From positions 310,001-374,000 of the forward strand of contig RSEE01000022.1 of the NCBI GenBank assembly GCA_003971905.1: 64,000 nt of DNA. Reading direction: 5' to 3'. This DNA is from Moniliella sp. 'wahieum' (lineage: Eukaryota). Shown here piece by piece: positions 13,347-25,218 of this stretch (positions are counted from its first letter, which is position 1; each line of letters begins with the position of its first letter). Both the position numbers and the translations under genes were made by a program. A model generated the notes under the pieces. The model had not been told where the DNA came from and did not search any database. It was given only the letters and a program-made list of their open reading frames with translations.

Positions 13347-13860
13347 GTGTGCCCACGGCCGGGGGGGCATATATATCCCCGACACCCACGTCCGCAACGA
13401 ACCTATGGTGGAGGAAGAGGATGGGACGAGGCGCGGACGGAGGGCACAGCCCACCGACTACCGCGCGTGATGGGGCTCGGAGCACTCGGAGGATCAGGAA
13501 TGGAGGTAGACCACACGTTGCGGGACACGGGATCGCTGGAGGCTCAGAGCGCGTTCCGGAGGGTGGTGCATAAGAGCACCGCAACCCTTGGAACGCCGGG
13601 AGAAGGAGCTGCTTCGGCTGCTGGAACAAGCAGAATGCGACAAGAACGCCAAGTACCTGGGACGCACTCAAGAGCCGTTTTACCCCCTGGTTTTGACGAC
13701 GCGAGGATACTACGGCACCAAGACGGCGGGCAAGTTGTTTGCGCATTGGGAGGATTTGGCTACTGAGTCTCAATGGAAATGGTTCCTCGCTCGGATGTCA
13801 ACCACGTTCATCCGTGTCCACACGCGCTTCCTAGGGTACGGGACCGGATGGCGATCACCG
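13347..13860 (+). mobile_element. Remnant of the restriction-like endonuclease (RLE) domain of a non-LTR retrotransposon (CRE/Cnl1-like)
   Basis: Across frames: VRNEP..TRR/ADG, RVMGLGALGGSGMEVD, then E..DKNAKY..PFYPLVLTTRG..LFAHW..FLARMS. This is the usual R(A/P)D..D..K..KY layout. Contains stops and frameshifts; no RT domain seen. Confidence 0.55.
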
Positions 13861-16360
13861 AGGGTCCTGATATCCTGGCGATCCCCTGGTTCCTTGACCT
13901 TGGTGGCGCCTCCAAGTAACCCCCGCAAGATGAACGGTTCGGTTAGACGTAGCGTTCTCCCTGTCCCAGCCTTAAGCTCTGTCAATGATATGGATTCAAA
14001 AGAGAGAAGAGAGACGGCGTCGAAAAGGAGTTGATGTGACGTACGACAAAGAGTACGGTCGCGGGGGAGGGCGGGCGTTTTGAACGTAGAACGTTAAGGT
14101 GGATCGATCGTCGATATCCGTCAATAACCGCGGGCGGGCATTATAACCCGTGCCTTCTCGCGCTCTGTCGATGGATATCTGCGCTTTTTTGGAAACGAAT
14201 ATGGTGGGGAGACCAACGGTCTGTGTTGTGGCCTCTGCTGACGCGCTGACGGCACTACATGTGGCCCCCTACTTGGATCGGCGCAAAATGCGGCAGCAAA
14301 CGCCAGATGTGATGGATGAGATCTGAGAGAGCCGGGTAGGCGAAGAAGCGTTTCCCCTGTCCTTGCCCGGAAGGAGATACAATACGTCTGCAACCGAGGA
14401 TAGGATCGATAGGTACTGTGGGTATGCATGTGACAAGTGTGTTGTGACACATGTCAGTCACACTCGAAGGTTGATGCATGATGCATGATGATGTGCAGAG
14501 ATTGGGTTAAGCTTTCGACAGGCACTTGCCCTCGGCCCAACCCAACTCGTCTGGGCCACTGACTCATTAGACGCCACACGCCACTGCTGCTGAGTACTCA
14601 GACTGAGTACCAAGTACATTGAGTACGAGTGTCCCACGTGGATCGTCTAACGTACTCTAGCGTACAGGCGCGGCAAATACGTCAAACGTTAAATTAAGGG
14701 CCATAGTAGAATGGATGGTCAACATCATTTCTCGTCATCGAGAGAATCCATTTGCATTATCGATTGTCCATCGTCGAAGACATGGCCACCATCGCGCTGC
14801 GTCTCCCTCCTGGCCGAGACCAACACTTGTGGATCTCAGTTGCTGCGCTGCAAGACTTCCTCCGTATGTTAGGGACCGCGGTACCTATAGGAAGCGCACG
14901 GCGCAGTGTCACCCACTTTTTGTATGCGATCGCAAGATGAATGATGGTGAATTCACCATCAAGAAGACCTTTACCGGGTACCAGCTTCAAGCTTCACTGG
15001 TTTTTCACAATTTCACCTGTCACAGACTTGCGCTGTTTGCACTGTTGTGCGCGCACAAAGCCCACAACCTTTTGCTCCAGTTGTGCTCCGGGGTGACGTC
15101 GAAAGGGCCAGGAAGGAAGTCCACACAGGGCACACCAAAAGAATGGGATTAGATCGATTATAGATCGTTTCGAGGTTGCCTGAAGCTTGAAGCTTGATGC
15201 TTTTGCTGGTTGAACGTTGAGAAGATGGAATATGGAAGGAGGGAACCGGGAATGTGGACTGTGGAATGTTGCAAGGTGGGTTCGGCCTCTCAGATCTCAG
15301 ACTGAGCTCTCATGGTCCAGTCTACCAAACAGGTGTTGTGTGGCAGGGTGACGCAGGTGACGCCCGGTGACGGTGGCCCAAAACACCATGATCCAGTGTT
15401 ACATCTTGCCTGTCTTTCTGCCCAGGTTGAACGGTTGAGGCTCAAGTTGAGCGCTGAGCCCAGCGCTGATCCTGTGCGAAGCCCCACACTCAACAGAGAT
15501 CTGTGGGATTTGAGGCGAGTCACTAGTCACTAGTCACTAGTCACATGTCACAGTGACTCGTGAGTCACGCGTGATTAACTCGATTAACAGGATGAACGTG
15601 AACTAGGAACTGAGCGACAGTAGGTTGCTATGTGAACAACTAGCTTTTGCATACATCCCCTCTCTCAGATCTCACCCTGCGTACTACGTCCACAAACCTC
15701 GGTAGAATCACAACTGCGGGGAAGCGCTGCGTGGCCATATTACAGTCAACGTTCAACCTGACTTATACCCTGCTCGACCTATCCCTTCAGACTGAGGCGC
15801 TGAGGCGCTGAGGCGCTGATCTCGTCTCCTCCCCGCGGCCTCGTGTTGCACCTCATGCCTCAGGCTGAGGCCTCAGGTGAGGGATCAGCGCTCAGCCACT
15901 AGTCAACTAGTCAACTAGTCAAGTGGCGTCAGTTACTGACTAAGTAGTCACGAGGAAGTGGTAGGCACTAGTCATAGTCATCGATCATCCTCAGCGCGCT
16001 CAGCGTTCTACTGGCGAAGAAGTCCGCCGGTACAATGAATCGCATGGAGGTCCTCTGAGCTTCATCGATCGGTTCTTTCCAATTCTCGATCTTATCCAAC
16101 AGGCATATAACGGCCTGACACACCGCATGGGAGGAGCATGCTGTCGCAGGAATTATATCGCGATGCTTCTGTAGGTCCACCGAGTAGAACGATATATAGC
16201 TGACACTCTCAGCGAAGAGTAAACAGCCGGAACCCCTCCACCCCTTTCACCTTCCCCCCTACCGTTCCCTCTCGACCGTGAATCGTACCCAGGCTGGACC
16301 TGGCGTGGCTGGACCACTCTCTCATACGGCTGGACCACTCTCTCATACGGCTGGACCGAC

Positions 16361-17862
16361 ATGTTCTTCTTCCTTCTGCTTTCCGTGGCCCTGGTGGCCA
16401 ATGCTCTCCCTCTTCCCCCTTTTGCGGCGCCTGGAGCGTCGCGGACCCCACCTCTGCTGAGCAGTCGTCACCACCCCCACCACCACCCCAACACCTCTGA
16501 CTCCAACTCGTCTATTTCCCACTCGTCTGCTTCCCACTCGTCTTCCTCCCATTCCTCTGCCTCCCACCATTCCTCTACTTCCCACACCCATTGGACACCT
16601 TCCCATGCATCCTCGCTGCCGGACGGTGACGTGGACGTGGGGTTCAATTTGACGTTGGTCACACAGCGTGCGGTGGAGCTTTCGACACAGAGCTGGGAGT
16701 TGGGCAGCACGTCCCAGTCGTTGCTCGAGGTCTATTCTCCCCAGCATTGCATTTATGGTGACAAAGCCCTCAACGGCACCCAGCTGCCGACGATGCGTCC
16801 CTCCACCCCCGCCCTGGCCTACGCCAAGGAAGTCGTACACACAACACCTCCACCCTCGCGGATGGAAAAGGCTCCTCGGGCGACCCGGCATCGCTGGGCG
16901 TTGCAGCCACGCTGCTGGGCGCAAGCACCCCCGTCTACGCTCACGCAGCTCAGCGTCAACTCGCCACCCTTCTGGAAACGATGACGTACCCCTCGGGCGC
17001 ACTGAGCTCGCGCACCAACGAATTGGCCTACTGGGCCGACTGGGTCGTACGTTCCCTCCCTTCCTTACCTCGACCGTATTGCCGACGCACGGAAGACTGA
17101 CCGGATGGATGATGATATTCGGATCGCTGACAATGCATGCAGTACATGGCGCCCGCCCTTTTTAGCGTACCAAGCTGCGATCCAAGCCAATGCCTCCCTG
17201 CTTCGTACCACACTCGCCCTCACCTTCTACAGCCAAGCATTGAGTTTGAACGACTCGAGCGCGCCCGCTGCGGTGCAAGGTCTGTGGAAGCACATCAACG
17301 GATCCTCTGCCCAGTCGGTGGGGTTGTGGACGACGGGTCAGGCGTGGGCGTTGAATGGGATGCTGCGGGTGCTGGCCACGATGCGCCATGTTCCCGCCTT
17401 GGCCGACTGGGAGGAAGCTAGGACGCTCCTGACCCAGATTGACGCCATTCTCCACCCGATTGTGACGTGTGTGGCGAGCGAGAAAGGGTGTGGGTTTGTG
17501 CAAGATGGGCTGTTGCGCGGGTACTTGCGCGGCGGGCCATCGGGCTGGAACGATACTTCCTCCTCTTGGCCGGGCGAGGTGAGTGGGACGGCAGGTGTGG
17601 CCAGTGCCTTGTTCCGCTATGCGGTGCTGGCGCCGTACTGGGGACAGTCGGTGGCATCGTCGTACTTGATGTGGCAGGCACGCTACGGGCGGCTGTGGCG
17701 CAGCACGTCAATGCCACTGGCTACGCGCAGCCGGCCATGAACCCGTACGACTGGACGGACCCCAGCACGGTGGACGCCAGTCCCGAGGGGCAGGTGTTTG
17801 TGGGCTTGATGGGCGCAGCGTATCGGGACTGTGTGGCAAAGCAGGTGTGTGCTGCGGCGTGA
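16361..17862 (+). CDS. Secreted six-hairpin glycosidase, GH105/GH88-like; frameshifted
   Basis: Signal peptide, SWELGSTSQSLLE, YMAP/PFLAY, GLWKHING..GLWTTGQAWALNGMLRVLAT, GEVSGTAG, NPYDW..SPEGQVF. Confidence 0.75.
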
Positions 17863-18332
17863 TGAGGGCGATCATGGAGGATGCGGCGAGGAAGTGGAGG
17901 GGGCATATGCAATGGGATGCGATGTGGGGAAGGACACGAGGTCTATATAGAGGGGATAAGCGTGTGGGGTTGTGTGAGCAGAACAATGGAGGGCAGAGGC
18001 GCTGGTACCAGGCAGCGCTGGTCATGTGACCCAGTGGGTAGGCCGATGGTGTGCGGTGGCGTGCTGCGGGGAGCAGAGCGTTTGAAAGTTGAGGCCCGGC
18101 GGAAGCTCCGCCTCAGCTGTGCGGCTGCGCTGCTGAGCGCTGAGCGGCTGAGCGCGCTGAGCTCCACCGCTGGCTGCCAGCGAATAACCTGTGAGTGACA
18201 TGTGACGGGGCATGTGCCAGTGCCATCACACACCCCGTTGTGCCCCACCTGGCGACCTGATCTCCCTCTGCGCACATGTCACCGTGACACCCACCACACG
18301 CGTCTGCGCTGCCCCCCCACCCCCCACCCCAC

Positions 18333-19808
18333 ATGAAGCTCGTCTCGCTCCTCGTTGGTGGGCGCGACCACTCCCCCGCCGCTCCCATCGGCACGGCCGA
18401 CGCAGAACCCAAGGCGCGCCCCGCACCCTCTCCTTCTCGCGCATCCGCCGCAAGCCACGCCCCTCCCCGACCCCAGACACCCCCGCGCACCCCACCGCCA
18501 GCACCCCGCCCCCATCCCCATCCCTCCTCCACCCAGCACCCCTCTCGGCCAGCACCTCCTGCGCCCCTCCCGCGCCCTGGGGCTGTGATCCTGCCGCTTT
18601 CATCCCCCACGTCAGAGCTTCCCCCCACCCTACCGAGCGCCCGCCTCCCCGCCAATTCCGTTGCCCCGCCCCGCCCCCTCCAGCCCCCACCACTTACCCA
18701 TGCTTCCACCCCCGTCTCCGCCACGCTTGCCCGTCCCGCCATCGGCCCTCTGCCCCTCCGATTCCTACCTCCGTCTTCCCGCAGGCGAGAGAGATTCCTC
18801 CAGCCCGCGCCCCGCGTCCTTTTACTCCGCTGTATCCTTGCCCCTTGCTACCCCGCCCTTACCTGCTGGTCCACCGACACCTACACGAACCCCTACCACC
18901 CCTCCCATCTCTCCGCCATCATCCGCGCCCGCCCCCACAAAACTCGCCAAGACCCACTTGCTACCCGCCTGATGCACCTAACGCTCGCCTTTGGAGATAA
19001 CCTGTTGACCGACGAAGAGTACCGCTCGCTTCGTACCAGTGTCCTGTCTGCCGCCGTCGACGCTGAGACGGGGACAGCCCATCACGACAGTCCCGCCACC
19101 CACGACCCCACACTCTCTCCCCCCCACGATCCGCCCTTGAACGGGCGTCTGCAACGCTCTGGTTCCCTTGCCTCCCACAGCTCTCACACCTCGGCCCGCA
19201 CGGCCCTGTCGCGCCTTACTCCGCCCCGGCGCACCGTGCAGGCCAAACGTTCCCTTCCGCGTCTCAGTTCGGGCGCCAGCCTCCTTTCTGCCTCTACCGC
19301 CGCCGGCAGCAGCAGCAGTGCAAGGCGAAAGATGTGCGGGACCGGGTGGCGCAGGAGCGTAAGCGCCGAATCTTGCATGGCCTCCCGCCCAGTGGCGATG
19401 GGCGCTACCCGCGCTTGGCCCACGACGTCCCCCCGCGGTCCCAGGCCGAGTTGCGCGCCGAAGTGCAGGTGCTGGAGCGGGAACAGAAGGCCGTGCTGGG
19501 CATCATCCTGCAGTTGCGAGGTCAACAGGCTGTTGCCGCTGGCGCGCCAGTCGACCAAACCGAGCCAGCCGAGCACGTCGTGCAAGCCAACGACGCTGAC
19601 CTGGACCGCGCCCGCCTCACCAGCCTCCCGAAGCGCCGCAGTTTTCTCAGTCTGCGCCGACCCAGCGTGGCGGTGGAACGGCAGGTTCGCTGGCGGACCC
19701 GTTGGCCGAGGCGGTGGCGGCGCGGTACGAGGAGCGCGTGGCCGGGCTGCAGAGCGCTCTGAGGAGCGCGCAACTGCGCGAGAAGGCGATGCGCTAGTGC
19801 TTCCGTAA
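18333..19808 (+). CDS. Hypothetical Pro-rich protein with a C-terminal coiled-coil-like segment; frameshifted
   Basis: Long ORF with ATG at 18333. The alternate-frame piece RDRVAQERKRRILHGLPP..ELRAEVQVLEREQK looks protein-like. No family recognised. Confidence 0.5.
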   Translation: MKLVSLLVGGRDHSPAAPIGTADAEPKARPAPSPSRASAASHAPPRPQTPPRTPPPAPRPHPHPSSTQHPSRPAPPAPLPRPGAVILPLSSPTSELPPTLPSARLPANSVAPPRPLQPPPLTHASTPVSATLARPAIGPLPLRFLPPSSRRRERFLQPAPRVLLLRCILAPCYPALTCWSTDTYTNPYHPSHLSAIIRARPHKTRQDPLATRLMHLTLAFGDNLLTDEEYRSLRTSVLSAAVDAETGTAHHDSPATHDPTLSPPHDPPLNGRLQRSGSLASHSSHTSARTALSRLTPPRRTVQAKRSLPRLSSGASLLSASTAAGSSSSARRKMCGTGWRRSVSAESCMASRPVAMGATRAWPTTSPRGPRPSCAPKCRCWSGNRRPCWASSCSCEVNRLLPLARQSTKPSQPSTSCKPTTLTWTAPASPASRSAAVFSVCADPAWRWNGRFAGGPVGRGGGGAVRGARGRAAERSEERATAREGDALVLP

Positions 19809-20567
19809 TGGGGTTGTGGACATGCATAGCATCTCACAGTGTGGCAGTCATGTTGGCCTATATATGTATGTACTACGACAAGGGGCCATTCAAAAGCAGC
19901 TGGCGGGGCCCGGAGCTGTTGGAGATCAGTACCATCACTTTGCTCACAGTACTTTTGATCGGTACTTGGAGCTCAGTGTGCTCTGTCTGAGAGGCTCAGG
20001 GCGGACTCAGGACTCTTGTGGACTGTGGACTGGGAACTGACTGGTGCATGATGAGGTCAGTGAGGTCGGTGAAGTCGTCGTGGGGTGGCACTGTGGTATA
20101 GGGCACGGCAAGTGATTATACTAGTGATAGTGTTTTAGTGGTTAGTGATGCAAGTGATTTGTGATTTCACATGTGATTCGCGTCACGTCCTCCATTCAAG
20201 AGCGCGGTGCGATGAGGTCGATGGAGTCGATGAGAAAGGATGAGCAGCAAGAGGGACGAGGGATGGGTTGATGGGGGCCAAAAGGGCAAGCAAACTGCTC
20301 TACATAGCTAATCGAAATTTCTAGTCACAACGTTGCCGCCGATCTCGCCTCAAGGTGAGAAATTGATACCGTGAGTCTATGATTAGAAGTGCCACAACCC
20401 TGTACAAGAAAAGCTTGCGCAAGATGGTCGCCAAGGTCGAGACAATCTATACCCGACAGCTTGGCCCCAGGTTACCCCCAGCTACCCCCCACCTATCCCC
20501 GGACAGTCCGCAGCCTTGCTGGCAGGCTGGTGGCAAGGCTAGCCACAGATATTTTCACTAGGCTGGC

Positions 20568-20625
20568 GGCTAGGGCGGTGGCTAGGGTGGTGGCTAGGGT
20601 GGTGGCTAGGGCGGTGGCTAGGGTG
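20568..20625 (+). repeat. Tandem 12-bp repeat GGCTAGGGYGGT (4 full units plus a partial) inside the left end of the transposon
   Basis: Read directly from the sequence. Confidence 0.9.
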
Positions 20626-21741
20626 CCACGATGCTATCAGATCAGGCAGTGGATTATCTTTAAAAGCATGCATTGCCATGGTTGTTTACAGAGACGTAGA
20701 GGAGCGCCAAGGCAACGGCAGGTTGTTCGAGGAGCCTCAGGACGGCGGCAACCACAGAAGCTTTGCCTTCGTCGTTTAATCGCAGACCAAAAACATCATG
20801 GGGACACGGAGATGATAGGGATCGAAGGGCAAAGATACAAGAGCCATACAACTTGCGGCGTGGGGACGAAGCGTCATCGCGTTCGAGAGGGAGAATGAGT
20901 CCCGCAACCATACGGCGAACGATGATCTGTGTGCAAGCCTGTATATGTTCCGTGGTCGTTTCCTCAGCACTTGAGCGCCTTCTCCGATCATCCTGCTTAA
21001 AGGTGTTCAGTATATGGGCGGATAAGGACAAAGCGCAGGTACTGACCTGGCCGGGGAAACCGTCGCCGTCGACCGTCCGCTGGAAGCGCCCCCGTCGTTG
21101 ATCTTCAACTCGCCTTCGGGAGGTTGACCGGCATCTTGGCGCAAATGATATCAGGCAAGGCTGTGCCGCCAGGCGTGGCCGACTCAGTTCCGGTGGCTGC
21201 GCACAGGCCAGTCAGGACGGCAGGCATCACAGCATGGGGGGCGTGGACGTACCGAGGTCGGGCGCGTGCACGGCAGGGGGGCGTCAGTGGGCGGCGATAG
21301 CAGCACACGTATTCATGGTGATTAGTACAAGCCGTGCACACGGCAACAGCTCTGGTAGTAGTGTGTGGCCAACGAGAGAAGAGAGGCTGTGGTGGTGGCG
21401 GTGGTGGTGGTAGTCGAGAGGCAAGCGCATCGGCGCAGCTGCGTGCGGTTATAGGCGCAACCACCGGTGGCCCACCGGTGGTCCACCCGCATGGCGCCAG
21501 TGTTGCCCCCCCACGCCACCGCCAGCTCAAGGCGCCCACCTGCAGCCTGAGCGTTTAGTATATATAGATTTTTTTAAGCTACGCACTTGAGATAGTCGTG
21601 ACAGCAGCTATATACAGCACGATACTCCAGTCCAACCGTCTCGTTGCGAGAGAAGACCGCATTCGCACAAGTCGCGTTCAAGAGTGAAGGGAAATTGCCT
21701 CTCTTTACTCGCTCAACAAAACTAAAGGCAATCGAGACGGT

Positions 21742-24700
21742 GTGCCAGCCTCGTGTGTATCGAGCAGTTTGTATCAGGAGACGATATACATTGGGTCCTT
21801 CGCGGGCGAGACCGCATTTTCCACCTCATACATATCCTCGAACTCGTCCATCCGCTCCAAGATGTCACAGTATCCCAATCCCTGGTCGCTCAGGGCGATT
21901 GTCCAGGCCCTCAAGGACGGGTTCATTGAAGAACCACACAAGGGACGATGGGATCTGATCGGCACAAGGACTCAGCCGATGTCATGCTCAATAAGCATCC
22001 ACGCGATCTGGCCATTCACATGTACCTTGGCGAATCTGTTCACCTGGTCAGCATTTCGCGCCTATCTTTCCCGTCTTGTGGCAACACGACGCTGATAGCG
22101 ACTCGTGGCACGGGATCGGAATCGACCTGGTCCAAGACGAGACGTCCAACCTGCTGAAGTACACCGGCAACAGGACACGCGCCTTCATTCTTACTCAGTT
22201 GGACATAACCAAGTTGCGCCTCTAACGACTATACCATTAGTAAGTTTTCTTGCTCTTCACGCAGCGGCAATTCTTGTCGGGTTGACTGATGACTTCACAT
22301 CTGGTACGACACAGGAACAAGGGACGGTGAGGAAATTGGGAAGAGCGTCATCCCCTTCGAGCCAAGGCCTGTGGCCGAGCTCTGGTCCGTCTCCAGCTAG
22401 TGGGCTGGGCTGATGGTTTTGCAGACAATGTGTCCAATCGGCCAAGCTCTCTGAACAGCATGCTGCTGGGCAACATGCACGTTTCACGGTCGCAGTCTAG
22501 ATGGGCAAGGAACCTTTTCCTCTTTGCATCGGAAACGGCCAAGTCTCTCCTCCCGTTGTGTGAGCAGTTGGTAAAACAGCTAGAACCCTAAGTGAGTATC
22601 GCAATCTAAGCCAAGTTGCCTTTGAAGTCGCCGTGATTCCTGGGCAAAAGCAGCATGCTAACGTCTTTTTCGAACTTGCAGGCAGTATCACGAAGACCTC
22701 ATCCCTGTCTGGGATTCGACCACCGAGGGATGGATCCTTGTACAGCCCGTGCTGCGGATGATAAAGGGCGACAACGTGGCCGCGAACGAGATGGCTTCCA
22801 TTATGGGCATGACTGCCCACGTGTGCTGCCGTTTTTGCGATGGCGGACGGCAACGGGGAACGAATACGTTGGCGGAGAACGTGGCTGACTGTCTTGTGCG
22901 TATACGACACCACTGGTGTTACTGCTGTGCATCAAAATGGGACTGGGAAAAGGCGATCTACGTTCAAGTGTCGAAACTAGGCGCGAAGTCGATCACCAAT
23001 AACTCGACATGGTCGTCAAGAACGACGGCCGTGTCGACGATCGGGCGAGCCAGACCGGGGTTAACGACAAAAGTATATGAAAGACGTATCCTTTATCCTG
23101 TTCAAGTCCCGCAAGACTCTGGAGGACTCAGCCGGGGCGACGAATGGCAAGAAGCGGAAGAGGCTGCTTTCCAATTTGGACTCCGGCGTTCGTGAGCTGC
23201 TGGATGAGTTCAAGAACAACGGCTAAGTGTTCAACCCCTTTTGACTGTCCACGAATGGCAGGGGTGCTCGAGTTTCTCGGTCGGCAAGAGCCTGGCGATC
23301 GACGTCATGCACACAGTTCTCCTTGGGCGAGTCAAGGCCTCGGTCGAGCTGCTGACGGACTCGAACTTCGATAAGGGGCCCTCGCTAGCGCTGTGGCTGG
23401 ATTCGTTCAACTCGTGGGGCATGGAATCGGTGGGTCGACGGCTCAATGGCACTAAAGTGGTTCACAGCATGCGCTCAGTCATCACGGGGGTTGACTGCAA
23501 GATATTATGCCAGACTCTCCCTCTAGTGCTGCCCAAGTTGGTGGCCACTCTGCGGTTGGACTCCGCCAAGCCCGGCGTCACGGAAATGGCGAGACAGAGA
23601 CTTCTGAGCAAGATTGAGAGGCTGGAGAATGTCCGCAAGTGCATTGTGGCCGCCGCACGCATTAAGTGGCTTTGCTACATCGATAGCTTCGCATTTCAAG
23701 ACCGAGCTACATATGGCGTACATCTGAAACTGCTAGCTCTCCTAGGCCCGTGATCATCTTCGCTAGTCCAAGTTCACAACTTACATTCTGCCCCGTACAG
23801 ATGTGCCCACAGGAACTGCTTGACAAGGCGGTGATTCACATTTTCATGGCCATCGCTGCCATCGACCCGGCCATGCTCGTTCGTCGCCCCAAGTTCCACC
23901 TTCTGAGTCACCTCTCCCAGCAGGCGCTGTTGTGGGGTCCTCTCAAGAACGCTGACACACAGCGTGAGGAGGAGTTTGTCCGCGTCATGCGCAATGCGGT
24001 AATATTTACGAACCGCAAAGATATATGCTGCGACTTGAACTACACGGTAGCAGCCCAGGAGAACCTGCAAAACCTGCTATGTGGAGGGCGGGCAATCGAC
24101 ATGCCGCGTGCAAAACTCGTGTCCCGCGATACAACCCCTGACGATGAAGGGGAGGATGTGACACAGGGTCTGCCCGGTGGGAACACCAAGAAATTGTCCG
24201 CAGAGGTCTGGATCGGCAGGGGCCGAGCAGCTTTGCAATTGAATGGTACACCGCCTCAAGCTGGCACGACGATTCAGCTCTTGGGCCAAGGGCTCGGCAG
24301 TGTGTGGCAAGTCCCTCCCGCACCCGGTACCGGCCGCAACAGCCCTTCCAGCGCTGGATCGTGTCCGGCTTCGATCCAGACTGTGGCTAAGGCCAAAGTC
24401 ATATCGGTGCACGACAAGGTTGGGCTTCCTGAACCAATGACAGCAGAGCGGCGTTCTGCCACTGGGCCGGTCGAAGATATTGTCGACCTGCCATTGGTCC
24501 GCGTACAGCATGGCCAGCTTTGTGCCAGGGGGGACTGGGTGCTTGTTACCCAACAGGATATTGGTGACGTCCCCCCACCCCGCCATGCCCAGAACCATGA
24601 TGCGCCGCCCTTCTCCATTGTGGCTGGATAGAACACGTTGCCGCCCAACGGCCTAATATGGTTGCTGTGCACCGGCGGGCCAATCCGACTCGCGAGGGGG

Positions 24701-25218
24701 GGTCGGGAGCAGCGAGGACTGGTTCCAACCTTGTGCTCCCTGTGCTTTGGGTCAATGTCGCTTTGGCTCGCATCATGCCTATCGACTCGGCATATGACAT
24801 GCGAGGCCTTGAGCTACCGCGCGCGTCCGCCCGACGCATGACTTACATTCCGGCTTCGCAGATCCACACCATCTTTGGTTCGCTTAACGTCCAGCACAAT
24901 TGCGTGAAGGCCAAGTGCCGGGTTGTCCCCAACAGCATTACGGATACAACCACTGGCTTGACGTTCGATGGGGTCCAGCACAACAACTTGTCTGGGATGT
25001 CGGCGGAACAGCGCTACGTGCTCAACCACTTTGTCAACTCTTTCTCTCCCCAAACACCGATATATTCTGCGACTTGCGGACTTGGCTTTTGCCCAGCACT
25101 GGGCGGTCGAGGGCGAGAATGTCCCTTCTGCCGACGATGTTTTGGAGGCAGTACAATCCGTAATGAATGTTTAGATACTTCCCGAATGGCTACTAATGAT
25201 GGTAGTCACCACTGTTGA
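21742..25218 (+). pseudogene. Disrupted CMC/CACTA-like DDE transposase of the fungal 'DDxSG / GDN..CRxC / HTxLLG / PKFH / NVQHNC' type
   Basis: Motifs in order: TDDFTSG (~22285), IKGDN..HVCCRFC (~22760-22838), IDVMHTVLLGRVK (~23298), RPKFHLLSHL..WGP..TQREE (~23885), LNVQHNCVKAKC (~24883). Has in-frame stops (e.g. 24629) as well as frameshifts. Confidence 0.7.

Noticed and set aside
20568..20625. TAGGG-containing array as an interstitial telomere
   Set aside because: The unit is a 12-mer, not TTAGGG, and lies within the transposon end, where it resembles the subterminal repeats.
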